Assembly: GCA_000004985.1 (NCBI GenBank)
Contig: GG738853.1
DNA: 64,000 bases
Strand: one strand, 5' to 3'
Source of the DNA: Naegleria gruberi
Lineage: Eukaryota
Both the position numbers and the translations under genes were made by a program. This document shows positions 48,901 through 57,445 of this stretch, in pieces. The notes under the pieces were generated by a model. It was not told where the DNA came from and ran no database searches. It saw only the letters and a program-made list of their open reading frames with translations. Each line of letters starts with the position of its first letter. Positions within the stretch are counted from its first letter, which is position 1.

Positions 48901-49579
48901 ACTTCCAATTGGTGAATGGACAGAAAATTATAAATCACACCTCCAATCGTTGGTAAAGAAGGGTTTAATCAAATCCAAGATTACTGAAAGAAATACTGAA
49001 AATAGTGTAGGATTTACAATTGCAATCAATGATCCTGATGAATTCTCTGAATCACAATTGAAAAAGTTGAAATTAGAGAAATCCTTCTCTCTTTCCAATA
49101 TGACTGTATTCTCTGAAAATTTCGATATTATTCAATTCAGCAATGTGAATGATATTATCAAACAATTCTACTTGGTCCGATTGTCCTACTATCATCAAAG
49201 AAAGAGCCACTTGATGAAACAATTGGAAAAACAAATTAGAATATTATCCAACAAGGTTAAATTCTTGAATTTTATCACTTCCAATGAATCCAATTTGAAT
49301 ACTTTCATCAAGACAAAGAAGGAAAATATTCCTAGCTTCCTCACCAATGTAGTTGGCATTGTGGTTGATCCAACAACAATAGAACAATCCTTCAATTACC
49401 TCACCGATATGAACATTCTCAGCTTGACTCACGAACACAAGGATAGAATTAACAAACAATTAGAGTCTGCCCAACAAGAATTGCAACAAGTCAGCTCCGA
49501 TGATCCAAAGCTAATGTGGAAGAGAGATTTGAAGAGGTTGAGAGATGAACTGACCAAGAGTGAAAACTGGGTCGTTTAA
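45974..49579 (+). CDS. TOP2: DNA topoisomerase II (type IIA), core-only form with N-terminal extension
   Basis: 1201 aa. GHKL ATPase motifs: EILVNAVDN and GGRNGYGAKLANIFS. TOPRIM motifs: LTEGDSAKALAISGL and PLKGKLLNVREAS. Also QDHDGSHIKGL, YKGLGT and the DNA-gate motif DGLKPSQRKILFA. It aligns collinearly with eukaryotic Top2 but ends (TAA) where the conserved core ends. About 75 residues precede the conserved LERPDTYVGS start. The ATG is in an A-run context (tcaaaaaaaaATG). Confidence 0.93.
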   Translation: MLKHHTRRFILSRCSTTEKMNLLFKISNSSSGSLSSCCSVSSDVMKKFNHDGKLSERTSGMMNFSTMLSSQLAKSIEQQYQKKTPIEHVLERPDTYVGSTERMKKKLFCLDSVNNIKLKEVDFIPALYRIIDEILVNAVDNHHRKGTHTNELRVTIDEAKNWIHIRNNGKSVPVEMHKIEKIYVPELVFGNLLTGSNFDDNEVKFTGGRNGYGAKLANIFSTDFTIEIMDHKGTHYIQNWKKNMSQISTPTIVENKQKTEPYIQVSFHPDFKKFQSTGLNKELNMIDLLKRRIYDLSACNPKLNVYLNDKKVEVDNFKEYVKLFYQNNSSGEHPEKMFVHKHICDGWEIAIGASVGEEFNQISFVNSIATVQGGSHVNFVLNQLSTKISEYIAKTYTDLQLTISPYMVRNHITLFINSLIENPTFDSQTKETLTTKSISFAQKVVISNDLINSIANHTPIIDNIIAFANYKQSSASSKKFKKRESKLLIPKLDDANLAGTNRSMECVLILTEGDSAKALAISGLSVVGRDRFGVFPLKGKLLNVREASADQIRDNQEIQNLKKILGLDDVSKTDSFEELTKRLRYGKVMLMCDQDHDGSHIKGLLLNMIHFFYPELLRNNFVDEFITPIIKVSKGSDVKSFFSIPEFQNWWTKVPENEKNRWNQKYYKGLGTNSSKEAKDYFSNLKRHVIALQYDDDSEPNIELAFSKDLANARKSWVASLKDGTFLDTTNGKVTITDFINNELILFSNQNNIRSIPSIVDGLKPSQRKILFACLKRDLKDEIKVAQLAGYVSEHSAYHHGEQSLYGTITSMAQDFVGANNIPLLYPSGQFGTRLQGGDDAASARYIYTRLNKLTRLIFLKEDDQILDYQEEDGMIIEPKFYLPIIPMLLVNGAEGMGTGWSTSIPSFNPIDLIDSLNILLDSNAENIGNVKLPSLDMWARGFKGKIEMNDSGKFISKGIFKMKSRGDSIEFDISELPIGEWTENYKSHLQSLVKKGLIKSKITERNTENSVGFTIAINDPDEFSESQLKKLKLEKSFSLSNMTVFSENFDIIQFSNVNDIIKQFYLVRLSYYHQRKSHLMKQLEKQIRILSNKVKFLNFITSNESNLNTFIKTKKENIPSFLTNVVGIVVDPTTIEQSFNYLTDMNILSLTHEHKDRINKQLESAQQELQQVSSDDPKLMWKRDLKRLRDELTKSENWVV

Positions 49580-49914
49580 ATTTTGTTAATAAATTAAATT
49601 ACTTTAAATCCAATTGTAATAATATTAACTGAGAAGAAGAATCAACAGTTGATGTGAAAGACAAAAGATTTGTTTCATCTTAATGATTCCATTTTTTTAA
49701 TTAACTTTCTTCATCAATTCGAATATCACATGTAAGCCAATACTAATATTAATTAATTTTCGAAATTTAATGGTTTTATTTTGAAACTAGGTTGTGTACT
49801 AGATTTAGATTTACAAATTTGTACAAAATTTGGTATTTTAGGGGGTTGTGTGGAAGTGTGTTAAATAATTTAGGTTAGTTGTTGGGATTTGGAGGAGTAT
49901 GTAGATCAAGCCAT

Positions 49915-50832
49915 TTACTTCTTGGTCTTCTTCTTCTTTGATTCGGTTTCTTCCTTATCTTCCTTTTCCTTTTCTTCTTCTTCCTTATCTTCCTTTTCTT
50001 CACCTTCCTTTTCATCAGCCTTTCTCTTCTTACCACCCTTCTTCTTCTTATGTCTTTGACCTGGCTTCAATGGTTTAGTAGTAGTTTCATCACCAGCCAA
50101 GAACTTGAGAATTCTCTTACACATAATCTTCTTGCTACCAGTCTTCTTCAAACCATTTTGCTTGGCAAATTCGACGAGTTCTTCAGCATAGAATTGATAC
50201 AAATCTTCAAAAGTGATACCTTCCTTGATCTTGGTAATATCATTCTTTTCTCTTTCTTCCTTTTCTGGAGTATTAGCTTCAAGGTAATGTGGATATGATT
50301 GACCGATAATTCTATTAACACAAGCCTTCTTGGTACCAGACTTTGAGATCTTCAAAGCATCACAGACATCATTGATGAATTCCTTAGCCATAGCAGTGAA
50401 ACCGAGCTTCAAACCAGTGATCAAGAGTTCTTCCATAACAGCATCAGCCTTTTCTTCCTTTGATGAATCTTCTTCCATACCCAAAGCAGCTAAGAATTTA
50501 GTCAACAATTCAAGAGAACATTCTTGGAAGTATTTAGCCTTATCCTTTTGCTTGGAAAAGTGAGACTTGAATGACTTGGCCAACTTTTGCTTAGATTCAG
50601 ATTCAACCTTCTTGTCCATTTCTTCCAAAGCCATCTTCAAAGCGTCCTTTTCCAATTCCTTGATGAAGGTGGATTCACCCTTCTTTTGAGCATGTTCGAG
50701 AATGGCTTCAACAGCGACCTTCTTGTTGGTCTTCTTTCCCTTGATGTCGTTACCATCCATATATTCCTTGAGGAGATTGAGTGGAATTTCTTCGAGGAGA
50801 GTTTCAATTTCTTTTGGTTCAGAGTCAGACAT
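49915..50832 (-). CDS. K/E-rich nuclear protein with tandem DEK-C-like modules (putative chromatin protein)
   Basis: 305-aa ORF, stop TAA. It repeats ~45-aa modules of the form (T/S)KKxCVNRI / GSKKIMCKRILKFLAG, each preceded by an acidic helix, similar to DEK C-terminal domains. The tail is KKKKGGKKRKADEKEGEEKEDKEEEEKEKEDKEE. Confidence 0.45.
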   Translation of the reverse strand: MSDSEPKEIETLLEEIPLNLLKEYMDGNDIKGKKTNKKVAVEAILEHAQKKGESTFIKELEKDALKMALEEMDKKVESESKQKLAKSFKSHFSKQKDKAKYFQECSLELLTKFLAALGMEEDSSKEEKADAVMEELLITGLKLGFTAMAKEFINDVCDALKISKSGTKKACVNRIIGQSYPHYLEANTPEKEEREKNDITKIKEGITFEDLYQFYAEELVEFAKQNGLKKTGSKKIMCKRILKFLAGDETTTKPLKPGQRHKKKKGGKKRKADEKEGEEKEDKEEEEKEKEDKEETESKKKKTKK

Positions 50833-50933
50833 TTTTGATTGTTGATTTTGTGTTTTTTTTTGTTGTGATTTTAAAAAAGTTCTGAAGAGTTTTATATCAA
50901 AAAGCGGAACAAGGAGCTTGCTGTACTTTGCAA

Positions 50934-51076
50934 GCGTAACCGAATAAATAACGGTATTTCATGATAAATTTGTACTTTCCCAGCCGTTACGCTTCATTTT
51001 ATCCAGAGTGCAGAGGAAGAAGCAAAGAGAACCAATCAATGCATTGTTAAATTGGCGGGCAAAATATTTGTAACGG
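50934..51076. promoter_or_regulatory. Cluster of Myb-type YAACNG motifs plus a 7-bp inverted repeat in the promoter of the DEK-C-like gene
   Basis: TAACCG at 50937, TAACGG at 50949, CCGTTA at 50984 on the opposite strand, and TAACGG at 51071. GCGTAAC at 50934..50940 is the inverse of GTTACGC at 50986..50992. The cluster lies 100-250 bp upstream of the ATG at 50832 (minus strand). Confidence 0.3.
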
Positions 51077-51713
51077 TTTTGAGAAAGTCAACTTGAGTGC
51101 AGCTAAGCGGATTGGTAGAAATTTTTTATGGACTTTACAATAAAGATGTAATTTTTCAGAATAGGTAAAGAGACAGAACCAAGTAATAGGATCATCATCA
51201 AGATGTTTGTTAGTATGGCAAATGTTGTTTTTCTTGATCAACGTTTGTTTGTTGCTGTGGAGAATTTTATCAAAGTTTAATCATCACGAATTTTATTGTG
51301 CAATATTTGTTTATTTATTTCTTCTGTGATGACTTTTATACAACAGCCACTAAACACTCATCATTACATACCTCTATACTATCTATTTATTGATCGCTTG
51401 TGATGATTGGTATTCTATTCATCCAACTATAAATTCCATCTTTAAAATGTAGGTGATGATGAAGCCTTTCCGCTGCCAGCAAAAGCAGAGAAAGAAACCG
51501 TAGATTATTCTGGAGCGGAATTGATGATTAGAAGGAAAAAGAAAGTTATGGATTCATCGCATATGATTATTAGCTGCATTCGCAATGATATATTGTTGGT
51601 TGTATGATGTGTTTTGAAAAGGAATCAATTCATGTTAATTCTGTAGATATTTATTGCATATTACGAAATTCTTATTTGACTAATCAGATAGAAGGCAATG
51701 TATTTGATTTATA

Positions 51714-53108
51714 TTAATGACAAACTCTTGGCTGAAAACTTGATAAGTTTCTACAGTCAAATGTCTTTACGTTTGTGTTCATCATAAAAATCGAGCTCTT
51801 TAACAAGGTATCACCAGCATCAGTAAAGTCATTGTAGGAAAGATCCAATGTCTTTAGAGCTGGGAAGGACAATTTGGCAAATGCTTTGATTCCAACATCT
51901 CCAATTAAATTTAAGCCAATCTCGAGAACTTCTAATCTAAAAAGATTTGAGCCTGTTTCATCATTTTCACTGGCGAGTCCTAATAACCCAGTGTCACAAA
52001 TTGCTGGCTTATTGGCATGTAAATTCAATCTTCTTAAATTTTGCAAATATTCTGATTGACCCAAAGCACAGGCACCTTCTGGTCCAATGACATTGTTTTG
52101 CAAGCCAAGAGAGGTCAAGTTTTTGATGAATGGATTATTGGCAAGAGTTTTGGCTCCAGCTTGATCAATTCCACATGAACCAAGTTTGAGAGATTTGATA
52201 TGTTTCAATATTTCACTTCCAACTAGGGCATTTCCTGCAGTGGAACCAATTTCATTTGAAGAAATATCCAATTTGGTCAAATTCTTTACATATTCAGTAT
52301 TAACTAGAGCTAGAGCACCTTCCTCTCCAATATAATTATATTCTACATTCAAAAGTTGTAAATCAGCCATATTTGGTGAATTTGCAATAGCAATCAATCC
52401 TTCATTTCCAATTCTTCCAGAGAATATTTCCAATTTTTTCAATTTGAATGCATTAACAATAGCTTTGGCTCCTTCGGCACCTATCTCACAATAACCCAGG
52501 TTAAGTTCTGTTAGATTTTTCATATTTGGACTGGAGCAAATGGATAATACACCTTCACTTGAGAAATTATTTGCATATACATCCAAAACTTTCAATTGTT
52601 TCAAATTCTCTGATTGGGCAATTAACATGAGTCCTTTATCTTTGATGCTATTTCCTCTTGCTTTCAAAACCTCTAAACTTGGTAAAGAGGATGAAATAAT
52701 TGACATGCTCTTATCATCTAGCTGATTGTAATTAATATTGAGCTCTTTCAATTTTGCAGAATATAATCCAGTAGTAATTCCACTAATATCACCTCCTTTC
52801 AATTGTGAATTATTAATGGTAATGGACTGTATAAAGCAATATTTCAACATGCCATTCGAAGTTTTGGATTTTAAATCTTTGGTAGAGGAAGCCCAAATTT
52901 GTGTCTTCAAACCACAAAACTGCAAAATAATAACTCGCCACTGCCGACACACTTTTGAATAACTTTTGATAAAGTCTTGAAACTCAGCTTCGGAATTGAT
53001 GAAGGAAAATATATGGAGACAAATATCGTTGGAAAATTTGTCATTCGTTGATACGGCCAAGTCTGATAAATCGGTGTGAGCGAGTTCTCTAGTTTGTTGT
53101 GATCCCAT
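51714..53108 (-). CDS. F-box-like protein with RI-type leucine-rich repeats
   Basis: The open frame runs to 53192, but the ATG at 53108 has the A-run context (cctcaaaaaaATG) and is followed by an F-box-like motif (DICLHIFSFINSEAEFQDFIKSYSKVCRQWR). At least 10 repeats of ~28 aa follow, of the form LxxLxLxxNxIGxEGAxAL (ribonuclease-inhibitor/NLR type). Stop is TAA. Confidence 0.75.
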   Translation of the reverse strand: MGSQQTRELAHTDLSDLAVSTNDKFSNDICLHIFSFINSEAEFQDFIKSYSKVCRQWRVIILQFCGLKTQIWASSTKDLKSKTSNGMLKYCFIQSITINNSQLKGGDISGITTGLYSAKLKELNINYNQLDDKSMSIISSSLPSLEVLKARGNSIKDKGLMLIAQSENLKQLKVLDVYANNFSSEGVLSICSSPNMKNLTELNLGYCEIGAEGAKAIVNAFKLKKLEIFSGRIGNEGLIAIANSPNMADLQLLNVEYNYIGEEGALALVNTEYVKNLTKLDISSNEIGSTAGNALVGSEILKHIKSLKLGSCGIDQAGAKTLANNPFIKNLTSLGLQNNVIGPEGACALGQSEYLQNLRRLNLHANKPAICDTGLLGLASENDETGSNLFRLEVLEIGLNLIGDVGIKAFAKLSFPALKTLDLSYNDFTDAGDTLLKSSIFMMNTNVKTFDCRNLSSFQPRVCH

Positions 53109-53282
53109 TTTTTTGAGGTTCTTTGTTATTGGCTTCAGATGATTGACATTTTGTAATCTTATACCAAGTTCGAAAAAAAGAACAAAATTCATCAGGACTT
53201 ATTGAGCAAGACAACAAAAACAAAACACATCCTTGCCAAACAGCTGAATACTGATATGGTTAAATATTTAAGATAAATGTAA

Positions 53283-53354
53283 GGGACCATGGTCTAGTGG
53301 TATGATTCTCGCTTTGGGTGCGAGAGGCCGTGGGTTCGATTCCCACTGGTCCCC
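53283..53354 (+). tRNA. tRNA-Pro (anticodon TGG)
   Basis: GGGACCATGGTCTAGTGGTATGATTCTCGCTTTGGGTGCGAGAGGCCGTGGGTTCGATTCCCACTGGTCCC. The 7-bp acceptor stem pairs GGGACCA with TGGTCCC. The anticodon loop TTTGGGT gives UGG. The T-loop is GGTTCGATTCC, and it closely matches eukaryotic tRNA-Pro. A TTTCCTTTT run follows the gene. Confidence 0.92.
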
Positions 53355-53807
53355 TTTCCTTTTAGTTGTTTTCCTCAAATTGTTTTTAAAGTGTTAAACA
53401 TATGTATGAATTGGTATTATTTTAATCTTTATTTAATTTGAACGACTACCTCAAAAACAAGACGCCATTTCATATGAAGCATGTTTGCTCCAATTACTCG
53501 TAACATCATAGATATTCATTGCTGCTACCAATTCGTCTTCATACAGAAATCCTGAACAAGAGAAGCATGCTCGTGGTGATTATCGTGATGCAGAGAATAA
53601 CAATGAATGGTTGTTTTGTCTCAATCTTTTTTGGTTTTTTTGAAATGAGTGGACATTTTAGGTCAGTGTTATCTTAATTGATTATCTTTATGGAACCTTG
53701 ATAGAATTGAACCAAAATTTCACCATAGAAACTATACATTCTATGAACAATAAGTATATGAGAATGATCATCATATCAAAACGATTAAGGGAGAAAGAGA
53801 CAAAATT

Positions 53808-53888
53808 TGCAGAAGGTGGGATTTGAACCCACGAAGCTTGCGCAGTAGAACTTGAGTCTACCCCCTTTGACCACTCGGGAACCCCTGC
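53808..53888 (-). tRNA. tRNA-Leu (anticodon CAA), class II with long variable arm
   Basis: Reverse complement reads GCAGGGGTTCCCGAGTGGTCAAAGGGGGTAGACTCAAGTTCTACTGCGCAAGCTTCGTGGGTTCAAATCCCACCTTCTGC. The anticodon stem GTAGA/TCTAC encloses the loop CTCAAGT, giving CAA. The T-loop is GGTTCAAATCC. The acceptor stem has two G-U pairs. A T-run follows the 3' end. Confidence 0.88.
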
Positions 53889-54591
53889 TTCACATTTAGA
53901 ATAACAACTGGTTTTTCACATTGAAATAGACTAAAAACTCATTTATCTTATTTTTTCTAATTAGAAAGGTTTTCAGTGCCTTCAACTGGAAACATGCTTC
54001 GCTGTAGGTTTCCTCGTTCATAGATGATTGCTGCATTCCTTACCAGCCATGGTTTGTGAATGGGGGATTTGTGAACATGCAGATTGGTACCTTAAACTTT
54101 TTATTAATTAATAGAAAAATCACGCCTTTTAGGCAAAATGAAAGATTCCAACCTTTTATAATCACTATTAACATTCTGTAGATTGTGTAGAGAGCATGAT
54201 AATTCAACATTTAGTTATCTTCATGCACTGTATTGGAGTATTAAAGAATAACTTACTGAACCAACAATCAATAGATTCGTTACTCACTGCTCATACATAA
54301 AGACTGTAGCAAGATTGTCACCATATTCCTAGCAGGCTTCCTGTCCATTAAAACTAAAAGAATATCAACAACTACTGTTTTCAAAATGATATTGGTTCAG
54401 ATTATCGTTTCCTTATTCAATATTAAGTTTTTCTTAAAATTGCTACTTCCAAATCATGCTACATGCCTCTTTTCGATTAAGCCAGTACTATTTCTTATTA
54501 AGCCACTCAACCAAATGCAACCTTTTAACCATTTGGTTTATCAATCATGATTTATTTGTTATTAAAATGCTTATTTTCTTAGTGATGTCAA

Positions 54592-55410
54592 TTATTTCAT
54601 TTCACTTATGTATTTAACTCCTTCATCACCACTTTGACTGTAACCAATATCAAGTGATGTTAATTGCTTCATTTTGCTAATGTATTTGTATCCTTCACCA
54701 CTAATTTCATTGGCAGAAATATCAAGTGATGTTAATTGTTTCATTTCACTTATGTATTTGGCTCCTTTATCACCAATTTGATTATTAGCAATATCGAGTG
54801 ATGTTAATTGTTTCATTTCACTTATGAATTTAACTCCTTCATCACCACTTTGATTGCTACCAATATTAAGTGATGTTAACTGTTTCATTTCACTTATGTA
54901 TTTAGCTCCTTCACCACTAATTTCATTGGCAGAAATATCAAGTGATGTTAATTGTTTCATTTCACTTATGTATTTGGCTCCTTCATCACCAATTTGGATT
55001 ATCACCAATATCGAGTGAGGTTAATTGTTTCATTTCACTTATGTATTTAACTCCTTTATCACCAATTTCATTGTAACCAATATTAAGCGATATCAATTGT
55101 TTCATTTCACTTATATATTTGGCTTCTTCATCACTAATTCGATTTACACCAATATTAAGTGATGTTAATTGTTTCATTTCACTTAGGTATTTGACACCTT
55201 CATTGCTAATTTCATTGTCATAAATATTGAGTGATGTTAATTGTTTCATTTCACTTATGTATTTGGCTCCTTTATCACCAATTTCATTTTCAGAAATGTT
55301 AAGTGATAGTAATTGTTTCATTTCACTTATATATTTAACTCCTTCTACACAAATTTGATTATTAGTAATATTGAGTGATGTTAATTGTTTCATTTCACTT
55401 ATAAATTTGG
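54592..55410. repeat. 72-bp tandem repeat array (~11 units) encoding the LRR units
   Basis: The motif ttaattgtttcatttcacttatgtatttggctcc...tcaccaattt recurs with a 72-bp period (for example ttcacttatg at 54601, 54673, 54745 ...) and with very high unit identity. Confidence 0.85.
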
Positions 55411-55777
55411 TCTGGTTGGTTTTTACTAAAGAGGCAAGCAACCAACGATAAACTTTAACCTTAACAATACTATTCAGGAATTGACTTTTCATGAATAATT
55501 CAACTCGTTTCTCTGTAAATTTTTTTTTAAATTGAATACCAAGTTTTGAGCGTTCCTTGATCACATTAAAGAATTGTTTTGAAATTAAAGAACAATTATT
55601 TAAAATAAACCACGAATCATCAAGCATGGAAATTATTTCAAAACAAACATCATCTGAAAATATTTCTTGTTGAAGTTTCACACTTTTTGATTTCTCTTCC
55701 ATAATATTGTTAATGAATATTTCCTCCGAATTAATGAATTGATGATTTTCTAAATCTTGTCGATTTCGTTTTCTCAT
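54592..55777 (-). pseudogene. F-box-like / LRR protein gene carrying a frameshift in its repeat array
   Basis: Track ORFs 54986..55777 and 54592..55008 overlap in frames that differ by +1. ATG 55777 has the A-run context. The N-terminus has an F-box-like motif (DDVCFEIISMLDDSWFILNNCSLISKQFF), followed by 24-aa LRRs (ISEMKQLTSLNIxxNEIxDxGxKY). At ~55000 the unit reads aatccaaatt-ggtgat where the other units read gaaattagtggtgaa, a 2-nt loss. This is either a genuine pseudogene or an assembly error in the repeat. Confidence 0.65.
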
Positions 55778-55872
55778 TTTTTTATAAATATCATAAATTT
55801 ATGTGCAGAGTAATGTTGAGCTGATGTTATGATTATTTTCTTATTCAACATTCAGTTATTAAGGAAAGAAAT

Positions 55873-55990
55873 GGCTACGGCCATATCACGATGAATGCAC
55901 CTCATCCCGTCCGATTTGAGAAGTTAAGCATCGTAGAGCCACATCAGTACTGAGGTTGGAGACAACTTGGGAACCTGTGGTGCTGTAGTC
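55873..55990 (+). rRNA. 5S ribosomal RNA gene (copy 1)
   Basis: GGCTACGGCCATATCACGATGAATGCACC...GGGAACCTGTGGTGCTGTAGTC (118 nt) matches the eukaryotic 5S consensus at the conserved helices, including the internal Pol III control region around GAAGTTAAGC. The Pol III terminator TTTTT follows immediately. Confidence 0.93.
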
Positions 55991-56245
55991 TTTTTATCTT
56001 TATGGAGAGAATATTAGTTTGTAATTTTCAGAATAACATGATGGTGTTAATATTTCCTTTATTTTTAAATATTAAGGAAATGCCCATGAAAATACCATGA
56101 TTCATGGACAAGGATTTGATCTTGTGCTCTGGTCAACGGATTTGAAGCATGACTGAAATTAGAAAAGACTTTAAGGGTAACCTGTTCATGCTTAATAATA
56201 AAAAACGAAATCAATTAATGGACATGAATGGGAAACCTGGCATTC

Positions 56246-57179
56246 TCAAAAGATGCTCTTTCTATGAATGATATTGAATCCACTCTCTTCATATTCCTCT
56301 AAGGTTATACGCATCGATGGGAAGGTTGATAATTGGGAGAAAATACTACCACCAAGCCACGCAGTGTACTTTCTATCTGGTGGTGCTATTATTCGAATGT
56401 TCATTGAAGAATGAGATAATTCCCTCAATTCATTATCCAATCGTTCTACTATTCCATTGAACAATGTCGATCCTCCTGAAAGAATAATATTCGAATACAA
56501 TTCCTTTCTAATATCTAAATCCGACTTTCTAATAGAAGTGAAAATATTTTCATGAATTCCACCAACTTCCATTCCAATAAGATTTGGTTGAAATAATATC
56601 TCACTAGTTTTGTATCTTTCACTTCCAAGTGCAATTATATTTCCATCCGGTAATTCATATGAAATTTCTGATATTGTTTCTTCCAAAAAATTACTAGCAA
56701 CACAACCAGCGAAGCCTGGACCGAGGGGAAACCCTTGACCCGGGACGAGCCAGCTGTTTTTCAATATTGATTACCCGCATTAAGCGGGAAACCCTCGCAA
56801 GAGGAACCCCATACCTCAGAGACCCAAACGATTCATTCGTTTAGGCTCGAATCGAGTTCATAATGGCAAACGGATGGATAGCCAGTAGGTGGTGCAAACC
56901 AACGAACGCTTAATTAAATATATAATCCCATATCTTTTCCATGTGATCAAAGTCAGTAATCAAACCACGATCAATTGGATATTTGAAAACATTCACACCT
57001 CTCCTTCCCAATGCAATATCTCCAACGAATGTGTCAATGGAGCCCATTCCAACCATGATGGTGGATACTTTTTGTCATCCAGTAACTGTGGGAAAGACCA
57101 CACATGGAGCATCATCAATAAAACCAGCTTTCATGAGAGAGGAACCATTATCAATGATGAGAGGTGGATGTTCAGACAT
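56246..57179 (-). pseudogene. Actin pseudogene (nonsense codon; central third replaced by GC-rich block)
   Basis: Minus-strand translation from ATG 57179 reads MSEHPPLIIDNGSSLMKAGFIDDAPCVVFPTVTG*QKVSTIMVGMGSIDTFVGDIALGRRGVNVFKYPIDRGLITDFDHMEKIWDYIFN*. This aligns with actin residues ~1-92. TGA replaces the Arg of the VGRPRH segment with no change in length. The C-terminal ORF 56246..~56700 reads SYELPDGNIIALGSERYKTSEILFQPNLIGMEVGGIHE...IIAPPDRKYTAWLGGSIFSQLSTFPSMRITLEEYEESGFNIIHRKSIF*, matching actin ~239-375. About 145 residues (actin 93-238) are missing. They are replaced by ~200 bp at 56700..56905 of ~50-60% GC. Confidence 0.8.
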
Positions 57180-57301
57180 TTTTTTTTTGTAAACTTAGTG
57201 TTATATGGTTGGTTCATGCAACAACATGGTGAGTTAAGGGCGAACAAATACTGACAACAAAACCTAATTAAAACCTTGAAGCTGACTGATGTAAAAGGAA
57301 A

Positions 57302-57374
57302 CGCCCACCGTGGGGGTCGAACCCACGACCACAAGGTTAAGAGCCTTGCGCTCTACCGACTGAGCTAGACGGGC
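57302..57374 (-). tRNA. tRNA-Lys (anticodon CTT)
   Basis: Reverse complement reads GCCCGTCTAGCTCAGTCGGTAGAGCGCAAGGCTCTTAACCTTGTGGTCGTGGGTTCGACCCCCACGGTGGGCG. The anticodon loop CTCTTAA gives CUU. It is nearly identical to metazoan and fungal tRNA-Lys(CUU). A T-rich run follows the 3' end. Confidence 0.92.
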
Positions 57375-57445
57375 TACATTGCTTAATAAATCGTTTCCTT
57401 AATAACGATTTCTATGGTAAAATTCAAGTTTACTATTGATTAATT

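Noticed and set aside
51047-51241. 64-codon ORF in the 50839..51713 intergenic region
   Set aside because: It is short and lies in promoter DNA with no motifs. The region is better interpreted as regulatory (see the Myb-motif cluster).
56038-56160. Possible C/D-box snoRNA downstream of 5S copy 1 (TGATGG at 56039, CTGA at 56153)
   Set aside because: The C-box is imperfect, the spacing is ~115 nt, there is no terminal stem pairing the flanks, and no guide complementarity could be assessed. The evidence is too weak.
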